A stretch of DNA of 63,037 nucleotides, counting the filler, from Sluysia triapertura (taxonomy: Eukaryota): the NCBI GenBank assembly GCA_046118255.1. It is 4 parts of 4 records of this genome, joined end to end, with 100 filler letters (N's around TTAATTAATTAA, not from the genome) between each part and the next. Parts side by side here need not be neighbours in the genome. Positions count along the whole stretch, not along the records: positions 24,692 to 37,575 come from JBJNIA010075162.1; positions 37,676 to 63,037 come from JBJNIA010184056.1; 2 more parts are not named here. One strand, written 5' to 3'. Numbering within the stretch: the stretch's first letter is position 1; every line of letters begins with the position of its first letter. Both the position numbers and the translations under genes were made by a program. The notes under the pieces are model-generated. The model had not been told where the DNA came from. It did no database searches and saw only the letters and a program-made list of their open reading frames with translations. Below, piece by piece: positions 25,280 to 38,899 of this stretch.

Positions 25280-28073
25280 AGTTGTTTTAGCTTTTAAATA
25301 ATTAAATGATGTTTTTTCTTTCACTTTTATTTTATTTATTGTCTTACAAATTCTTTCTTACTTTAAAACTTTTTTACTATACTGTTTATAGCTTTTTAAC
25401 AATCATAAGCAATAAAATAGTCCTTTGTAGTTCATGAAATAATTGTTTTAAATGACTGAAACAATAAATTTATGGATTTAATAAATAAGACCAGTTAAGC
25501 TATAGAAATACATACATAATAAAATGTGGATTATATTAGTTTTTTTGTTGTATAACTACAACCCTGTGAAATATTTCGTGTTTAATATCAATGAACAATG
25601 ATAATGAAATTTAAATTAATATATTCATACACTACTTCAAATTGTAAGTAAATAAATTAAAATTAAAAAAAATGATAACAGATGAATGAAAATAATTTTC
25701 ATTTCTACAATCATTCAAATTTCATTTGCTGAGAATCAGTATAAATATTTGTTTAGATTTTCGAAATTAGATTCCGAAAAATTTCATCGAGAATCGTCGT
25801 TCAAAGTATTCCAACAGAAACGTGACATAAACATTGTTGAAATTATATTCTGAGTCAATTAATAAATATTACTTTAAGAATTTTTAATAGTAATTTTTTT
25901 TGCCAATGAAACTTGTATTAAAAGTTTAAAAGTTATGTTAATGTGATGGTGTCAGTACAATTCACATTATTGATTATGATTATGATTATGAATAAAGACA
26001 AGTTGATGACAATAAATTCTAATAATTATTATTATTAATTATTATTAAATGGATAAAATGAAACTAAAATATCTTAATAATTTCATAAAATAAAATATTA
26101 ATTTCATAGTATCTTATCTTAAAGGCTTACAATGATAAGTTGTAAGAGTATTAAATTTTGAATAATATTAAGATATTAAATGTAATTTGTAAAGTGTTAA
26201 ATTTTAAAAATAATTGTTTAATTGATATATAAAATTTTCAAGATGAATAATAAGCAACATTATACAAACATAATTATTTCTAGCGTTATATAATCATAAA
26301 TAAACATTACCGAATGTAATTTGTAAAATGTAAAATGTAATATGTGATGTACATAACATAAACTTTTCCAGATGAATTATCTTGACACAAACAACATTAT
26401 AAAATCGGTACATTTATAAATTTGTAACAAAGTAAAGAAATATTTGAATTTTCTTTTAATAATTACTACGTTTAAATTTTCAATTAGTCTTGAATCAATT
26501 GGTATGAATAATTTTTTCATTAAAAAGCCTTTATCCTAAAGAATGCTTTAATTTCAAAATATTAGCACTATAAACGTTATAAGAAGTGACTATAAGAAGA
26601 ATATAATCAGCACTTAAAATTAAAAATAATTACATTGTACAGATTATTACATAAATTTCGGACATTTAAAAATCTGCTACTTATTAAGTATTTATTAGTT
26701 TTATTCATTATTCTTTCAAAATGTTCTACGTGTACCGCTAAAAATAAGATAAAAAATGAAATTTTTTAGGTGAAGTTATTTTGCAAAAAAATATTTCTTC
26801 AAGTAAATAAGTAAAACATTATTTAAATAATAAATAATATATTAAATTTAAAAAATGAAAATATCTACAATATTTCGAATCATTTGACTAACATAAGTAA
26901 AACAAAGACCTCCACAGAATTAATAATGATTTAGTCGAACTCATTAAACAATTCGTCGTTTTTATATGAAGAAATTTCAAATATAATATTAAAATATTGG
27001 ACAGAAATTAATCATGAAAAATTGATAAAATAATAATTTTAGTAATAAATATAAAAATATTAAATAAAGTAGAGAAAACAGTATGTTAATGGTTTTAGTA
27101 AGGTAAATAAAGTTAGTATGAATTATTTGTTAAAAAAATATGTTTAGATTTTATATTAATGTTAATGGAATAATCAGCAATAGAATTATTTAAACAGATG
27201 GTAATAATTATGTTTTATACGTCGTATTTCAAATTCTAACCATGAATGTGATTTATTAATTATTAAATTTATTTATTTATTTATTTATTTATTATTATTA
27301 TTATTATTGTAACATATTTGAAATTGCTTCAACCCATTACTTATTTTCATGACACAATTTTGTATTATTTTTAGTGAAATAATATTTCTAGTTTATAATT
27401 CTAGTCTAAGTTTGCTATTTCTTGTTTAAATTATATATATGAAAAAGATTAAAAATAGTAAGTAATAAATTTAATATAATAAATTTTAATTTTGTCTCAG
27501 CAATATTACAGAAGTCATTCTTAATAAAATTAGAAAACTTGGAAAAAATATTAACTTTTTAATGCAATTTTTAAATAGCTTACTTAGTTTCATTAATTTT
27601 TATCACTGACAATAATTTCCTGACAACACTTCCAATTAAACAATTATTAACAGCTCCAGATAAGTTATACTATATTTAATAACAATATAGCCAATAATTT
27701 AATTTAATTATCTTCATCTATGGTGAACTTAACGAATTTAACGAATCGAAATATTTTAACATTATATATTTCATTTCTATCTCTTAAAATACATCATCAA
27801 CAACAACAACCTAAATTCAATATAACACGTATCTGCAACAATCACAACAATGATTGCAATAATTCTTTATTTCAAAATAATCTAAATTCAATATTATTAT
27901 AATCTAAGATGCTATTACTTTTGTTATTGTCATTTTTTATTGTTTCTGAATTTTAAGATAATGTTTTCTTTCAAAATAGTTACTGTAAGCGTCAAGTTTT
28001 TGTTTTCCAAAGAGTAGTAATACCATCAAACCATTATTGATTTCGAATTCTAATGAAATAAATGAATATATTA

Positions 28074-28444
28074 CCGTATTTTCCGGATTATAAGTCGCAC
28101 CGTCCCAATATTTTTCAGAAAATGTAATTGACGCATAAGCCGCACCATTAAAATACACCTAAATTCACGTAACGTATGAATAACCACAAATAAGTTATTG
28201 TATCGTAAAATAAACTCAAAGTATTATAATTAATTATTAGAAATTTAAAATATTTAAACAAATATATCACACAATGACGAGGTAGTTTATTAGAATAGGA
28301 CTATACATTTTTTATTTATTAGAGTCAGGATATTTTGAGGATTTTAAACATCAACGTATAAGCCGCACCGGACTATAAGCCGCAACCCCTAAATTATGAC
28401 CCTTTTAAAGTTTTTGGGTACGGCTTATAGTCCGGAAAATACGG
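28074..28444. mobile_element. Tc1/mariner-superfamily (pogo/Tc2-like) MITE
   Basis: TA target duplication; TIRs CCGTATTTTCCGGATTATAAGTCG / CGGCTTATAGTCCGGAAAATACGG; internal repeats of TATAAGCCGCA. Confidence 0.9.
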
Positions 28445-29157
28445 TAACCAAACCAGAAATTATTAAAATATTCTGGGAGATCAATATTTCATAGATTTAT
28501 GAAAGGCTTTATAAACTTTCTATGAGAAAATCAGAGGTTATTAATTCAAGGTCCAAAGTCATTCAAGTATTTAGTATGAAATAGAATAGCAGTGAGCATT
28601 ACAATGGTAAAATATACTTAACGCTCATCGATTGTAAGCCATCAAGTTTTGCAATTTGAACATAAATTGAGAATAAAACAATGTGTTTAGTGAAAAAAGA
28701 TAGGCCAAGTAAAAGTATAATGGATAAATGAATAAAAATCAAAGTTTTTTTTATAGCACTGTTTAGATTTTAATAAGCCAATCATTCGAATAAGTCACTC
28801 GAAACAAAAATGTTTAAGGTAAGCTGTTTTAGTGTATCACTTCGACACAAATAAAATTATATCTTCTGCGCTTTCCATGTATTACAGGAACATGAAGATA
28901 AAGAGCTTTTCAATTACAAAATTTAGCTTGGATCAGATCAATTATTATTATTTTGTTATTTCTGACAACATTGACAAGTAACCTTTGTACTACTTGTACT
29001 TGTATTTCTTTTAATCATGCTTCACACAGATTTTCCGATTAAATTAAATAAATTGTTCTTGAAAAATATTTTTAAATGAAATATTAATTGTTTATTCGAC
29101 AAATAGGTAAGCTACTTCATTAACAGTAATTAGTTATGAGAAATATTGTATTTATTC

Positions 29158-29430
29158 TAATGTATCTGCAATGTTCCTGAGATGATATTAAAAAATTTAA
29201 CGGATTTTATGGGAAATATTTTCCTGATGAATTTCTGAATGTGACAGTAAAAAGTTATGATGATGATCCAGTGGTAATAAAAGTATCTGATTTAATACAA
29301 CTTAATGATGTAAAATCTAATGTCAATATGAATAAAGCGTTAGTATCACTTAATAAAGAATCAGACGATGTTCTAAACTTAAATGACTTTATCTATGAAC
29401 AATTTAAACTGGATCACAATTTTGTAAGTT
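29158..29430 (+). pseudogene. Exon of an unidentified repeated gene family (inverted paralog at 38160-38480)
   Basis: tgtatctgcaatgttcc and aataaaagtatctgatttaatacaactt are shared with the reverse complement of 38260-38480. Both end at a GTAAG donor. Confidence 0.55.
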
Positions 29431-30868
29431 TACAGTTAATTCCTTAATTTATTTGTTATAAAATTCATTTTGTTGAATACTGTTCATTTTCAAGGTAAAT
29501 TTCACTATTAAAATCCAAAGTCTGCAGCAAATATTCCTTATAAAATATTAATTCTATTAGGAAATAATAGTAATTGTATATAACGGCAAAAAAAGTGTAA
29601 GATTAAATTAATACATCAGCAAGAGTAATGATAAATGTTTGAGTTAATTAACGAGCCCTTAAATTTCTCAAAAAGAAACCACCTAGAATATCAATAAAGT
29701 TCTTTGAATATGAATAATACGTGGGTTTAGAAGTTTTGTATGAATATTCAAAAAGAAAATTGTTTGTAGGTATTGAACAATAATAAATATACAAAGTATT
29801 GAGCTTTCTCCCTTTTTCCTCATCATTGTTAATGACTACAAATTGCACTAAAGTAAAATTAAATTTAGATTTAACTCTAATTATATAACAAACTTAACTT
29901 TGATAAATTTTTATTGATAATGTTACTTAAATCAAAATAACATTATTTCGTATGTATATTTATGTATATAAATAAATAAATTTACCATTTGTGGTGGCCA
30001 ACTTCTTCACACTAAATTTTAATTCATCACATTACACTAAAAATCACATTTTTACAACATCTCAACTACTCTTTTCATAAAATTATTAAATTTGTAATTT
30101 AAATTTAAAACAGTAAATTAAATGGAATTTCTTTTAACACCTCCAACTTCATTAATTTTCTATAATAACTCTTTCATATTTCTTTATAATGTACAATGCT
30201 TCTTTCAATAAACTTTTCAAAGCATTTATCTATCAACACCAACGAATTTGATAACTATTTTAAAGAATAATGTAATATTTTGATAGATAATTTATTTCTC
30301 AAAGAAACTCAAAACAATATGTAAAGAGAAAGATAATAATGCTTTAAAGACATTTATGTATTTTTTATTGTTATTATTTTATTTTATTATTATTAATTTT
30401 ATTTTACATTATTATTATTACTATTACTATTACTATTATTATTTAAACTTAATTATTATCATCATCATTATTGTCGTTATCGTCAATACTGTCAACTCTG
30501 ACAGTTTTTATTAAAAATTAATTTAAAATATATCACGAACTATATATTTACTGTCATCTTTTTAACTGCAAATTTACATGGCGATAAAATTGGTTGTCTT
30601 TTATTGGCCATTAGAGTTAATACAAACATTATTCATGATTTTCATTGGCAAACAAATAGAATACGTTGGTAATTCATTCATTTACAATTATACAATTTAA
30701 TCACAATTTTGTGAAATTAAAAATAGACGAGATTAATGTCATCAAAGTAAAATTTTTATAAAAGATACTCGAAGAAATCAAAAATCTCTTAAAATTTTAC
30801 AAGTTTAAAAAATTGCAACTTGTTCTACTTCTATTAATCGAATCTAGACAAAATATTTAACAAAACTA

Positions 30869-31015
30869 ATGTCGGATTTTATTAATCAAACTGAACAATG
30901 TATTAGTCATGAACGTATTCAAAAGATCGTCTTAGCTCAAAGTCATATACTTAATCGATTTGATGAAACGAATAATATGCTAATTACAGTTAATGAATAT
31001 TTTTCTAAGAATTGA
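30869..31015 (+). pseudogene. Truncated KxDL-motif protein (KXD1-like), 48 aa
   Basis: MSDFINQTEQCISHERIQKIVLAQSHILNRFDETNNMLITVNEYFSKN* resembles KXD1 [31 protein letters not shown]. It stops before the KxDL motif and no splice donor is evident. Confidence 0.6.
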
Positions 31016-31794
31016 GCATTAAAAATATTTTAGCTAAAGGGCATTCAAATGAAAAACGATGTAATAACACTAAAACTAAAGTCATAATAAAAGAATCTCT
31101 GACTGTGTATATTGAACCAAAATTAGTTTATACTTATTTAACCTCATCAGATTCTCTAACATCCGATAGTCACAGCGTATCAGGTGGAGTTTTATCATCA
31201 ATTCTACCAAATCAATCTACATACGTGAATATAATGTCACAAGCAGAATTCGTGAATTAGTATATAACGAAGGCTTTTCTAGTCAATCTCTTCAAACATC
31301 AATCACCCACGTCCAATTGGTCGAATTTATGCTTGCACATTCCGATTTTACGCAAGGTCCAGCACGAGAAGAATTTATTATTATTATCTTTTATACTTAC
31401 TATTACATTTTTATTATTATCAGTTTTGATTTTATTGTCTTCATATGTTTTAGCGTATTTTCATAGCGTATAGATATATGAACATTTAATTTTACATAAT
31501 ATTTGTTTAGTAAAATATTTTTTTATAAATTTCGTTTATAATACATGTCTCAGATTTTATTTTAATTATTTTCTCTTAAAGAATAATCAAAGAAAATTTG
31601 GTAAAGTTAAAATATTAATTAGAATAAATAAAATGATATACAACAGTCTTGTAATAATTAAATCAAGAATTTATAACAATTTCATTTCCTTTATTAATCA
31701 TCTAATTTCTACCTATAAAATTAATTCAAAAAAACTAAATAAATGGTACAGGAGTATCATAGCCCCCTACCATTATATATATAACATTTCTAGT

Positions 31795-32712
31795 TTAAAT
31801 TTGCTTTTTTGATTTTATTAAGTTAATATTTCCTAAATTCAAATTTCGCTCTTCTATAAAATTTTCGGGGATTTCTATTTTTGCTGTTGAAAGTTGCTCT
31901 ATAATAGATTCATCATGCTGAGGTGGATAACTTTGAATTATATTTGTTTCATCGATACCTTTAAAATATTTCTTTATATAATTATCCACACCTGGTCCAT
32001 TAATTTTCAATATCGATAAAGGTCCATAAAATGCCCAACGTGGAGCGAGAGCTTCCGTCAAAATTAAATCAATTTCATTCACATCAATTATATTATGCTT
32101 TAACATAGAATATATGGAATTATAAACAGCTGATTGAATACGATTAACCGCAAACCCATGAACTTCTTTTTTTAATGTTATTGGAATCTGACCAAATTCA
32201 TTCATTAAATGACGAATTTTTAATACAGTTTCTTCGGAAGTTTTCGAGGACGGACATATTTCAACTAATTTTAAAAAATATGGTGGGTTGACTGGATGAG
32301 TTATAACACATTTATGTTCATTTTTCAAACCTTCAGCAATTTTGGATATTACAATAAAACTAGAAGTACTACAACAAATAGGTGCATCACCAAAATAATC
32401 ATATACTTTCTTGAAAACTTCCCTCTTCATATCTAAGTTTTCAGGAACACACTCAAAAACGTAATCAACATTTTTAGGTATTAAATCCAATGAATCTACG
32501 AAATTAATTCTATTAACTTGAGTTGTGACATCATCTGAACTTCGTGAAATACCATTATCTTTAAAATACTTAAGATTTTTAAATATATCAATTTGAGCTC
32601 GTTTTAACTGTTCTGGAATTATGTCATGCAAATAAATTGCGCATGGTTTTGATGAAAGTAACATGGACCATTGTTGGCCGATTTGTCCAGCACCAAATAT
32701 TGCAATTAACAT
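31795..32712 (-). CDS. CRYL1: Lambda-crystallin / L-gulonate 3-dehydrogenase homolog (3-hydroxyacyl-CoA dehydrogenase family), 305 aa, intronless
   Basis: Rossmann motif IFGAGQIG..W, ECVPENLDMK, STSS, catalytic HPVNPPY..LVE, KEVHGFAVNRIQ and RWAFYGPL, collinear with CRYL1 over the whole length. Confidence 0.9.
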   Translation of the reverse strand: MLIAIFGAGQIGQQWSMLLSSKPCAIYLHDIIPEQLKRAQIDIFKNLKYFKDNGISRSSDDVTTQVNRINFVDSLDLIPKNVDYVFECVPENLDMKREVFKKVYDYFGDAPICCSTSSFIVISKIAEGLKNEHKCVITHPVNPPYFLKLVEICPSSKTSEETVLKIRHLMNEFGQIPITLKKEVHGFAVNRIQSAVYNSIYSMLKHNIIDVNEIDLILTEALAPRWAFYGPLSILKINGPGVDNYIKKYFKGIDETNIIQSYPPQHDESIIEQLSTAKIEIPENFIEERNLNLGNINLIKSKKQI

Positions 32713-32754
32713 GTTACTTTTCCGGTATCACAAATTTTACTCACGTTATATTTA

Positions 32755-33010
32755 AATTTATAATTAATATGATTTAAATGATTTAATAATAGCTTAAACT
32801 TTACTCGCACATTATTTAAATTTATAGAGTTTATTTATAATTTATATGATTTAAATGATTTAATGTAAGAAAATTTTAATTTATCATAAAAATAACGTAT
32901 CACTAATAACTTAATAATAAGTCTTTTATAATAGCTTAAACTATACTCACTTTATTGAAATTTATAGAATTTATTTTATAATTAATGTGATTTAAATGAT
33001 TTAAACTTAA
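32755..33010. repeat. Degenerate tandem repeat upstream of CRYL1
   Basis: tgatttaaatgatttaa occurs three times and taatagcttaaact.tactc twice. Confidence 0.7.
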
Positions 33011-33399
33011 ATAATGAAAATTTATTGCTTTTCTTAATTAATAAAATTAATAAATAGTGATTTTTAAATTTCATTACTAAATTCGGAACTGTTTTAACGT
33101 TTATTTGAGAAAAAATTTAATTATTTTATATATTGTGTAATATTTTTTACAAATGCGACAGTATAAGTTTTGTAAATTATTTTTGTTATGCACGTAAAGC
33201 ATGTTTTGATTTTTATTAAACAGTCAAAGAATTTGAATTTTAGAATTTAGTAATATTTTCTCATTACCAGTGGCAGTGACATTTACATTTACGTAATGCA
33301 GTAAGTTGAAACCCCATATTTTATTAATTTGTGTACAAATATAAATACTGATTCTTGTTTTGTGATTATTGATCACATAATTATTTTAACTGAAATTTA

Positions 33400-33478
33400 T
33401 TAACACACTATGAGCGGGGCGGGTATTATTACCCGTTTTATGAACTGTTATTCTAAATACCCGCTCATAATGTGTTAA
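33400..33478. mobile_element. Minimal TTAA-flanked (piggyBac-type) MITE, 71 bp between the TTAA sites
   Basis: TTAA CACACTATGAGCGGG ... CCCGCTCATAATGTG TTAA (14/15 TIR match). Confidence 0.8.
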
Positions 33479-33949
33479 GTTATTCACAACACTTCTTGCA
33501 GATTTTTGTAATTATGGCAAACAGTACTCGGTTTATTTTCAACCAAATCTATTATTGAAAATTTATCTACAGTATAATTAGAACTTATTCCAGATTTAGT
33601 GAAGCAATTTTATTATTTTGCAATAAAAACAATTTATCAATATTGTGTTACTTCCAATATTGATATTTCCGTTACTTCGTTGAAAAGCAACATTACCTTT
33701 ATAGAAATATGCTGTGGTTTTCTTAAAGCTAAACTTACGGTAAAATAAAATATGGCAGGGTACGGTTACAGTAAACGTCTTACAACTTGTAGTTGGTGTT
33801 TCTGCAACTTGATAATTTAACTATGCTCACTTAAAAAATACGTTTAGTACGTTCATAATGAATTTTAAGAGGGTCTTAACTTGAATAACCCAACTAAGAA
33901 AAGTTTAACTATTTTTAATTACATTAAACTAAATGTAAGGGTAGAATAA

Positions 33950-34330
33950 TTTACATTTATAATTTACATTTAAATTTATAAAATAGAATCAACAAAAATA
34001 GAACTTGAATATTACTTTAAGATCAAAATCATCTTGGATGCTTAATCTATTTTTTAAAATTTACGTGGAAAATTTCTACTCAATATATCGGGGTTCTTAC
34101 AATACTTGAATTAAATTCGATTTTAGGTGTAGTTTAAGATTTGGACTTATGAAATATCAAAATCACCCTAAAACAAAATAATTTACCATCTCATGGAATA
34201 AAATAAAATCTTTTGGTAATGATTTGGTTACGAATTCCAAGCATCTGACAGAATGTTAAGATGTTGACCAAAGTCAAGATGAGGCTGATTACTGATTAAA
34301 CTTTCAAAATTGCGTTTTGACTAATTATAT
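33950..34330 (-). mobile_element. Gypsy-like RNase H remnant
   Basis: Broken frames give ILSDAW (TDAS-like), RW..L..DFDI and PDILSR (ADALSR-like). Confidence 0.45.
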
Positions 34331-34999
34331 TTGTAAAATGGCGATTCTATTTTATATACTAGTCATCAGCCAATGAAAATCCGTGGAATGTTCTAGAACA
34401 TTTTATTTTTAGAAGCGAATTTTCTTTTTTCGAAATATTATTTTCTTTTTTGGAAAATAAATAAATAAAAAAGAAATTAGATAAAAGCAAATAGATCTTG
34501 ATCAATTGAACAATTTGATATTAAATCGAAATAGTTGACAAAACAATTGCTGAATTACAAGATGAAATTTCAGAAATAATGGATAATTTAGGATAAATAA
34601 TAAGTCTGATCTAGAAAATATTAAAGGACAATTTTTTATTATTATCATTTTATTTGTGTTATTATTATAGCAAGCTGTTTTACTTAAAAAAACTAACTTA
34701 CAAAATAATTTTTGAATACAGATTCGCCTATACTGCATGGTTTATTCTCTTTGAGTGTCGTTTTTATATTCAAATAACAATTTTTTACTTATATTGATCT
34801 GCGAAGATATATCTTTATTTATGCAGCTTAGAGACTTGTTTCGTTAATGCTTAGTATTTTAAATTTTTTCTCTAATTAATTATATTTTATATTTTATGTT
34901 TAGTAATAATGTTGCGTCATAAAATATTTAATTTATTGTTTTATTAATGTTAAATTCAAAAATTAAGTAAATCTAAATAAAATTCAACTTCTATTATAT

Positions 35000-35690
35000 T
35001 ATGTGTTATTCAAATAATGCAATCAAACAATTACGAATCTAACTAATCTTAGAACTATCAATTATCATTAATAAAAGTCAAATATTCAAAGCAAAAACTA
35101 TGAACTGTTAATAACATAAATCAGTATTAAATTTTGAACAATCAAAAGTCACACTGTTGCTTCTTTGAAATGACCAAAAACAATAAGTCAGTATAAGTTT
35201 AACTTACATAAACGGAATATTTTAATACTTATTTCAATACTTAGCAAAATAAATTTAAATTGTTTCAAATTCTATTAGTTTAGTAACGGTAACTGTTCAA
35301 CTCCAACAGAAGTTATATTCTTTAATTCAAAATAATAACAAAACTCAATGTTATAATAACTAAAAGAAAGTTAACAATAACTTTTATAATAATGTTAAGT
35401 GCACAATAAACCGTTCAAAAGAAAACCAGAGGTGACGCAACAAAAATTATGATGTGACAAATAATACTATTTATATCCTTTCCAAACAGTGCAAAACAAA
35501 ATCCAAAATCAAATATTTAAAAAAATTAATTGGGCAGTGTCTCCCGCAAAGTAAAGAAATTAAAAATTAAAGCTATCTTAGGAACAGCCAAAAATTCAAG
35601 TCTAATATTTTAAAAATAAATTGAGTAGGGAGTCTCCCACAAAGTAAAGAAATTAAGAATTTTCCCCAAAAAACTATAAAATCAAATAAT
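35000..35690. repeat. Dispersed repeat (copy of 800-1400)
   Basis: Shared agaggtgacgcaacaaaaatta; internal duplication of gtctccc.caaagtaaagaaattaa. Confidence 0.55.
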
Positions 35691-36829
35691 AATAACAATA
35701 ATAATAATAATAATAGTAATAATAATAATAATAATCAAAATAAAAATAATAAAATAAAAATAAAAGTATGGATCTTCTAATGAATATAACTTGATTTTGC
35801 ACTTGTGTTTGTGTTGTGTGTTAACATTTTTTAGGTTTTTGATTTTATTCTCTCTCATCATCCACTCAATCCTAGTTTCACAATCAAACACTTTCACACA
35901 CAAATAATCAAACTTCTTTGAGAATTAGACCGGAAATAACAACTTTGACAATTACATTAGGTACAAAACACAAAAATTTGATTTATTTTTTATTTATTTA
36001 AAAAAACCATCCTTTTCTTTTGCTCTGCTCAATCTATTTTTACTTAAATTACTTCTCATATTAAAATAATAATAATCAACAATATGGTTAACAAATAAAA
36101 ATAATGAATTTAATTTTACTTTTTAGAATTTAATTAATTTTCGATTTTTCACACCTAATTTTCTAATGAAAAATCATTAAGGTTCTTATTCTCAAACAAA
36201 CCATTCTACTATCATTTCAAACTCACTTCTAGATTCTCCTATTTCGTAGCAATCATTCAATCATATTCAATTTATTATATCTGTATCATTCCAAATATAA
36301 AAAATTCAACATTCCACAATTAAGAATTAATTAAAATTTGAATTTGATCAATGTTATAGCTTTCCTTGCATGAACTTGGTCAAACTATACCTTCATCGAA
36401 AGGTCTTTATAAAATAAATACAATTTCAAATTTAATGTAGCATTCCGCATTCAAAAGTTATTCACAAAAAAAGTTAATTAAGTTAATTAAGATTTTAATT
36501 AATTAATCTATTTTTAGACTTAATCTTATTTTATGTTTAAAGGTTTTTAATAAGGTCCTAAAGTTATTTCTTAGTTTGTAAGGCATTCAGGAAGATCTAG
36601 ATATTTTCACCTTCACCTCTCTAGTTCTTAATTATTACCATATTAAACTTATCTTTATTATTTTGAACAATGATTTTATTTTTCAAATATTTTAAAGATT
36701 TTAAATAATCTATAAGGTTACACAAAGATCCAAAATGCTTATCAAGTTTTCAAGAATACCTAAAGGTTAATAAGGTCTTAGATGATCTCAAAATTAATGC
36801 CTTCAAAGGTTCTCAAGCTTCCACAAGAT

Positions 36830-37570
36830 TTCGACACCTTATATAGGTCTTTGGAATGCCAAGATATTCTTTAGTTGTTAACTTTATTATAGATGTTTTA
36901 CTTTCATGATTCTTACTTCGACAATGTTTATAATATTCAATCCATCAATATGTCTCTCCCTTATTTCCTGATACACAATTAGAAATCCCAACAATACAGT
37001 ACTAATAATATGATAAACCATTCGATGAACCAAGTGTTAGGTTTTGATTCTTAAAAGCTGTGGTTTTTCTAACATTTACCTACGGCAAAATATTTTTTGA
37101 GCAGGGTCCGGTTATAGTAAACATCTTATGTCGTGCTAATATCTTATGTAAGCTAATATCTTATCTGAATAGAAATACTCCTTACGGTCTTAACAAATGA
37201 TCAACTAATGCAATTTTCTCAAAATTTTAATAATTTACTCTGCAACTTTCAATAATTAAATAGAGACAAAAATAAAAACTTTATTATACAAAATACTAAA
37301 GCTTTATAGCAATAATAAGCTTAATGACGATAAAAAAAACAATATTTTAAAGTTCCAAGAGCGTTTAATCTAATGTCTGCATTATTTAAAGTACATATTA
37401 CCCCTCATGGTAATTAAATTTAACTGAGAATTTAAGTAAAATTTTATAATTTCATCTTCGAAAGTTGAAATTGGTCTTAATAATACATCATTTACCAATT
37501 CATAGAATTTGTAGGTAAAATCGAATAATTATTGTTTGATGAATGTTGCCAGAATGCATTGCGATAATTC
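36830..37570 (-). mobile_element. Possible gypsy pol remnant
   Basis: ADIRLNALG (DAS..ALG-like) and YLGIPKTY (H.GI.KT-like) in broken frames. Confidence 0.3.
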
Positions 37571-37675
37571 ACCAGNNNNNNNNNNNNNNNNNNNNNNNNN
37601 NNNNNNNNNNNNNNNNNNNTTAATTAATTAANNNNNNNNNNNNNNNNNNNNNNNNNNNNNNNNNNNNNNNNNNNN

Positions 37676-37738
37676 AAAATAATTTTTTTTTCGGGTACCG
37701 AGGAGCGCGATCGCGCTTGTTGGCACTCAAAGGGTTAA
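37676..37738. mobile_element. piggyBac-type terminus emerging from a gap
   Basis: GGCACTCAAAGGG-TTAA end with subterminal palindrome AGCGCGATCGCGCT. Confidence 0.65.
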
Positions 37739-38159
37739 ATTAAATATTGAATATTAACAATTATTTTAAATGAATGAATAATTATTTTAAATGAATTTAA
37801 ATAAATTATCTTAAATTATTTTATATGAATATTAAGAGTTATTTGAATAAAATGAATATTAAATGAATATCAACAGTTTAATATTAAATGAATATTAATA
37901 TGTAATATGAAAGCATTACAAGTAAATTGGAAGATGTGTTTCAAAATAAACTATTATTTGAATGAGTTGGAAAAGAAATGCAAAAGCATTTATTGGATCA
38001 ATATGTTATATGAATTTTATAGTTTAAGATTGTACAAATTTAATGGTTCATGATTATTTTTGCTGACGTAATGATTTAATCTTGTACTTTTATTAGATGG
38101 ACTGGTTTATCATTGCTATGATTTTCTAATATATTTAATTTTTTAAAAGTACGATTTTG

Positions 38160-38480
38160 GTTAAAATTTGATGTCAGCTTAAGGCCTGGCGAAAACGTGT
38201 TGGATTTTAAGGGGGACAATTGATCCTGAAAACAAATAAAAAAGGTATTAGCTATAAACTTACAAATTTGTAGATTTAGTCTAAATTCATAAATAAATTC
38301 ATTTAAGTTCAGAACATGGTCCGATTCTGTGTTTTGTTAATATTGGCGTTAGATTTTTTATAATCATTATCAAGTTGTATTAAATCAGATACTTTTATTC
38401 AAATAGGATCATTATCAAACCCTTTTGTTACAAAATCCTTTAAATATTTTATCACCATCTCGGAACATTGCAGATACATT
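38160..38480 (-). pseudogene. Paralog of the 29.2-kb exon with a 38-nt intron (38226-38263)
   Basis: DNA similarity to 29158-29430; GTAAG...TTTTCAG mini-intron followed by DQLSPLKSNTFSPGLKL; stops and frameshifts present. Confidence 0.5.
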
Positions 38481-38899
38481 AAAATAAGCACAGTATTAAG
38501 TATTTTGTAATACTAATTACTGTTGATGAAGTAGCTGGGCTAATTGTTTATTTAACATTAATTATTTATTAATAATATCGATTAATTATTTATTTAACAT
38601 TGTTATTATTTGCTTCTTAAATTTATAACATAAAATGATTGCAATAAATTATATTACATTCATTCAAGAGTACGACGATTTCTTAACACAAAATCGCATA
38701 AATAAAATAATTAATTTTTCCACATGTAACATATCAAGCCATAAATTAAAATAAGTTTCAAAAATTTTATGAGATTCTTTTTGCATTTTCAAAGCTTCAA
38801 AAGAATTTTAAACTTAAATTATTTTCTATCTGTTTGATCTGCACTAGATACTTATTTTGAAACTTATTTTGAAATATTCGAAATTCTTGAATCAGTTAC

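Noticed and set aside
29480-29850. Possible fourth gene X fragment (YYCSIP, KNFIDIL)
   Set aside because: The motif order is not collinear with the other copies; similarity is too weak.
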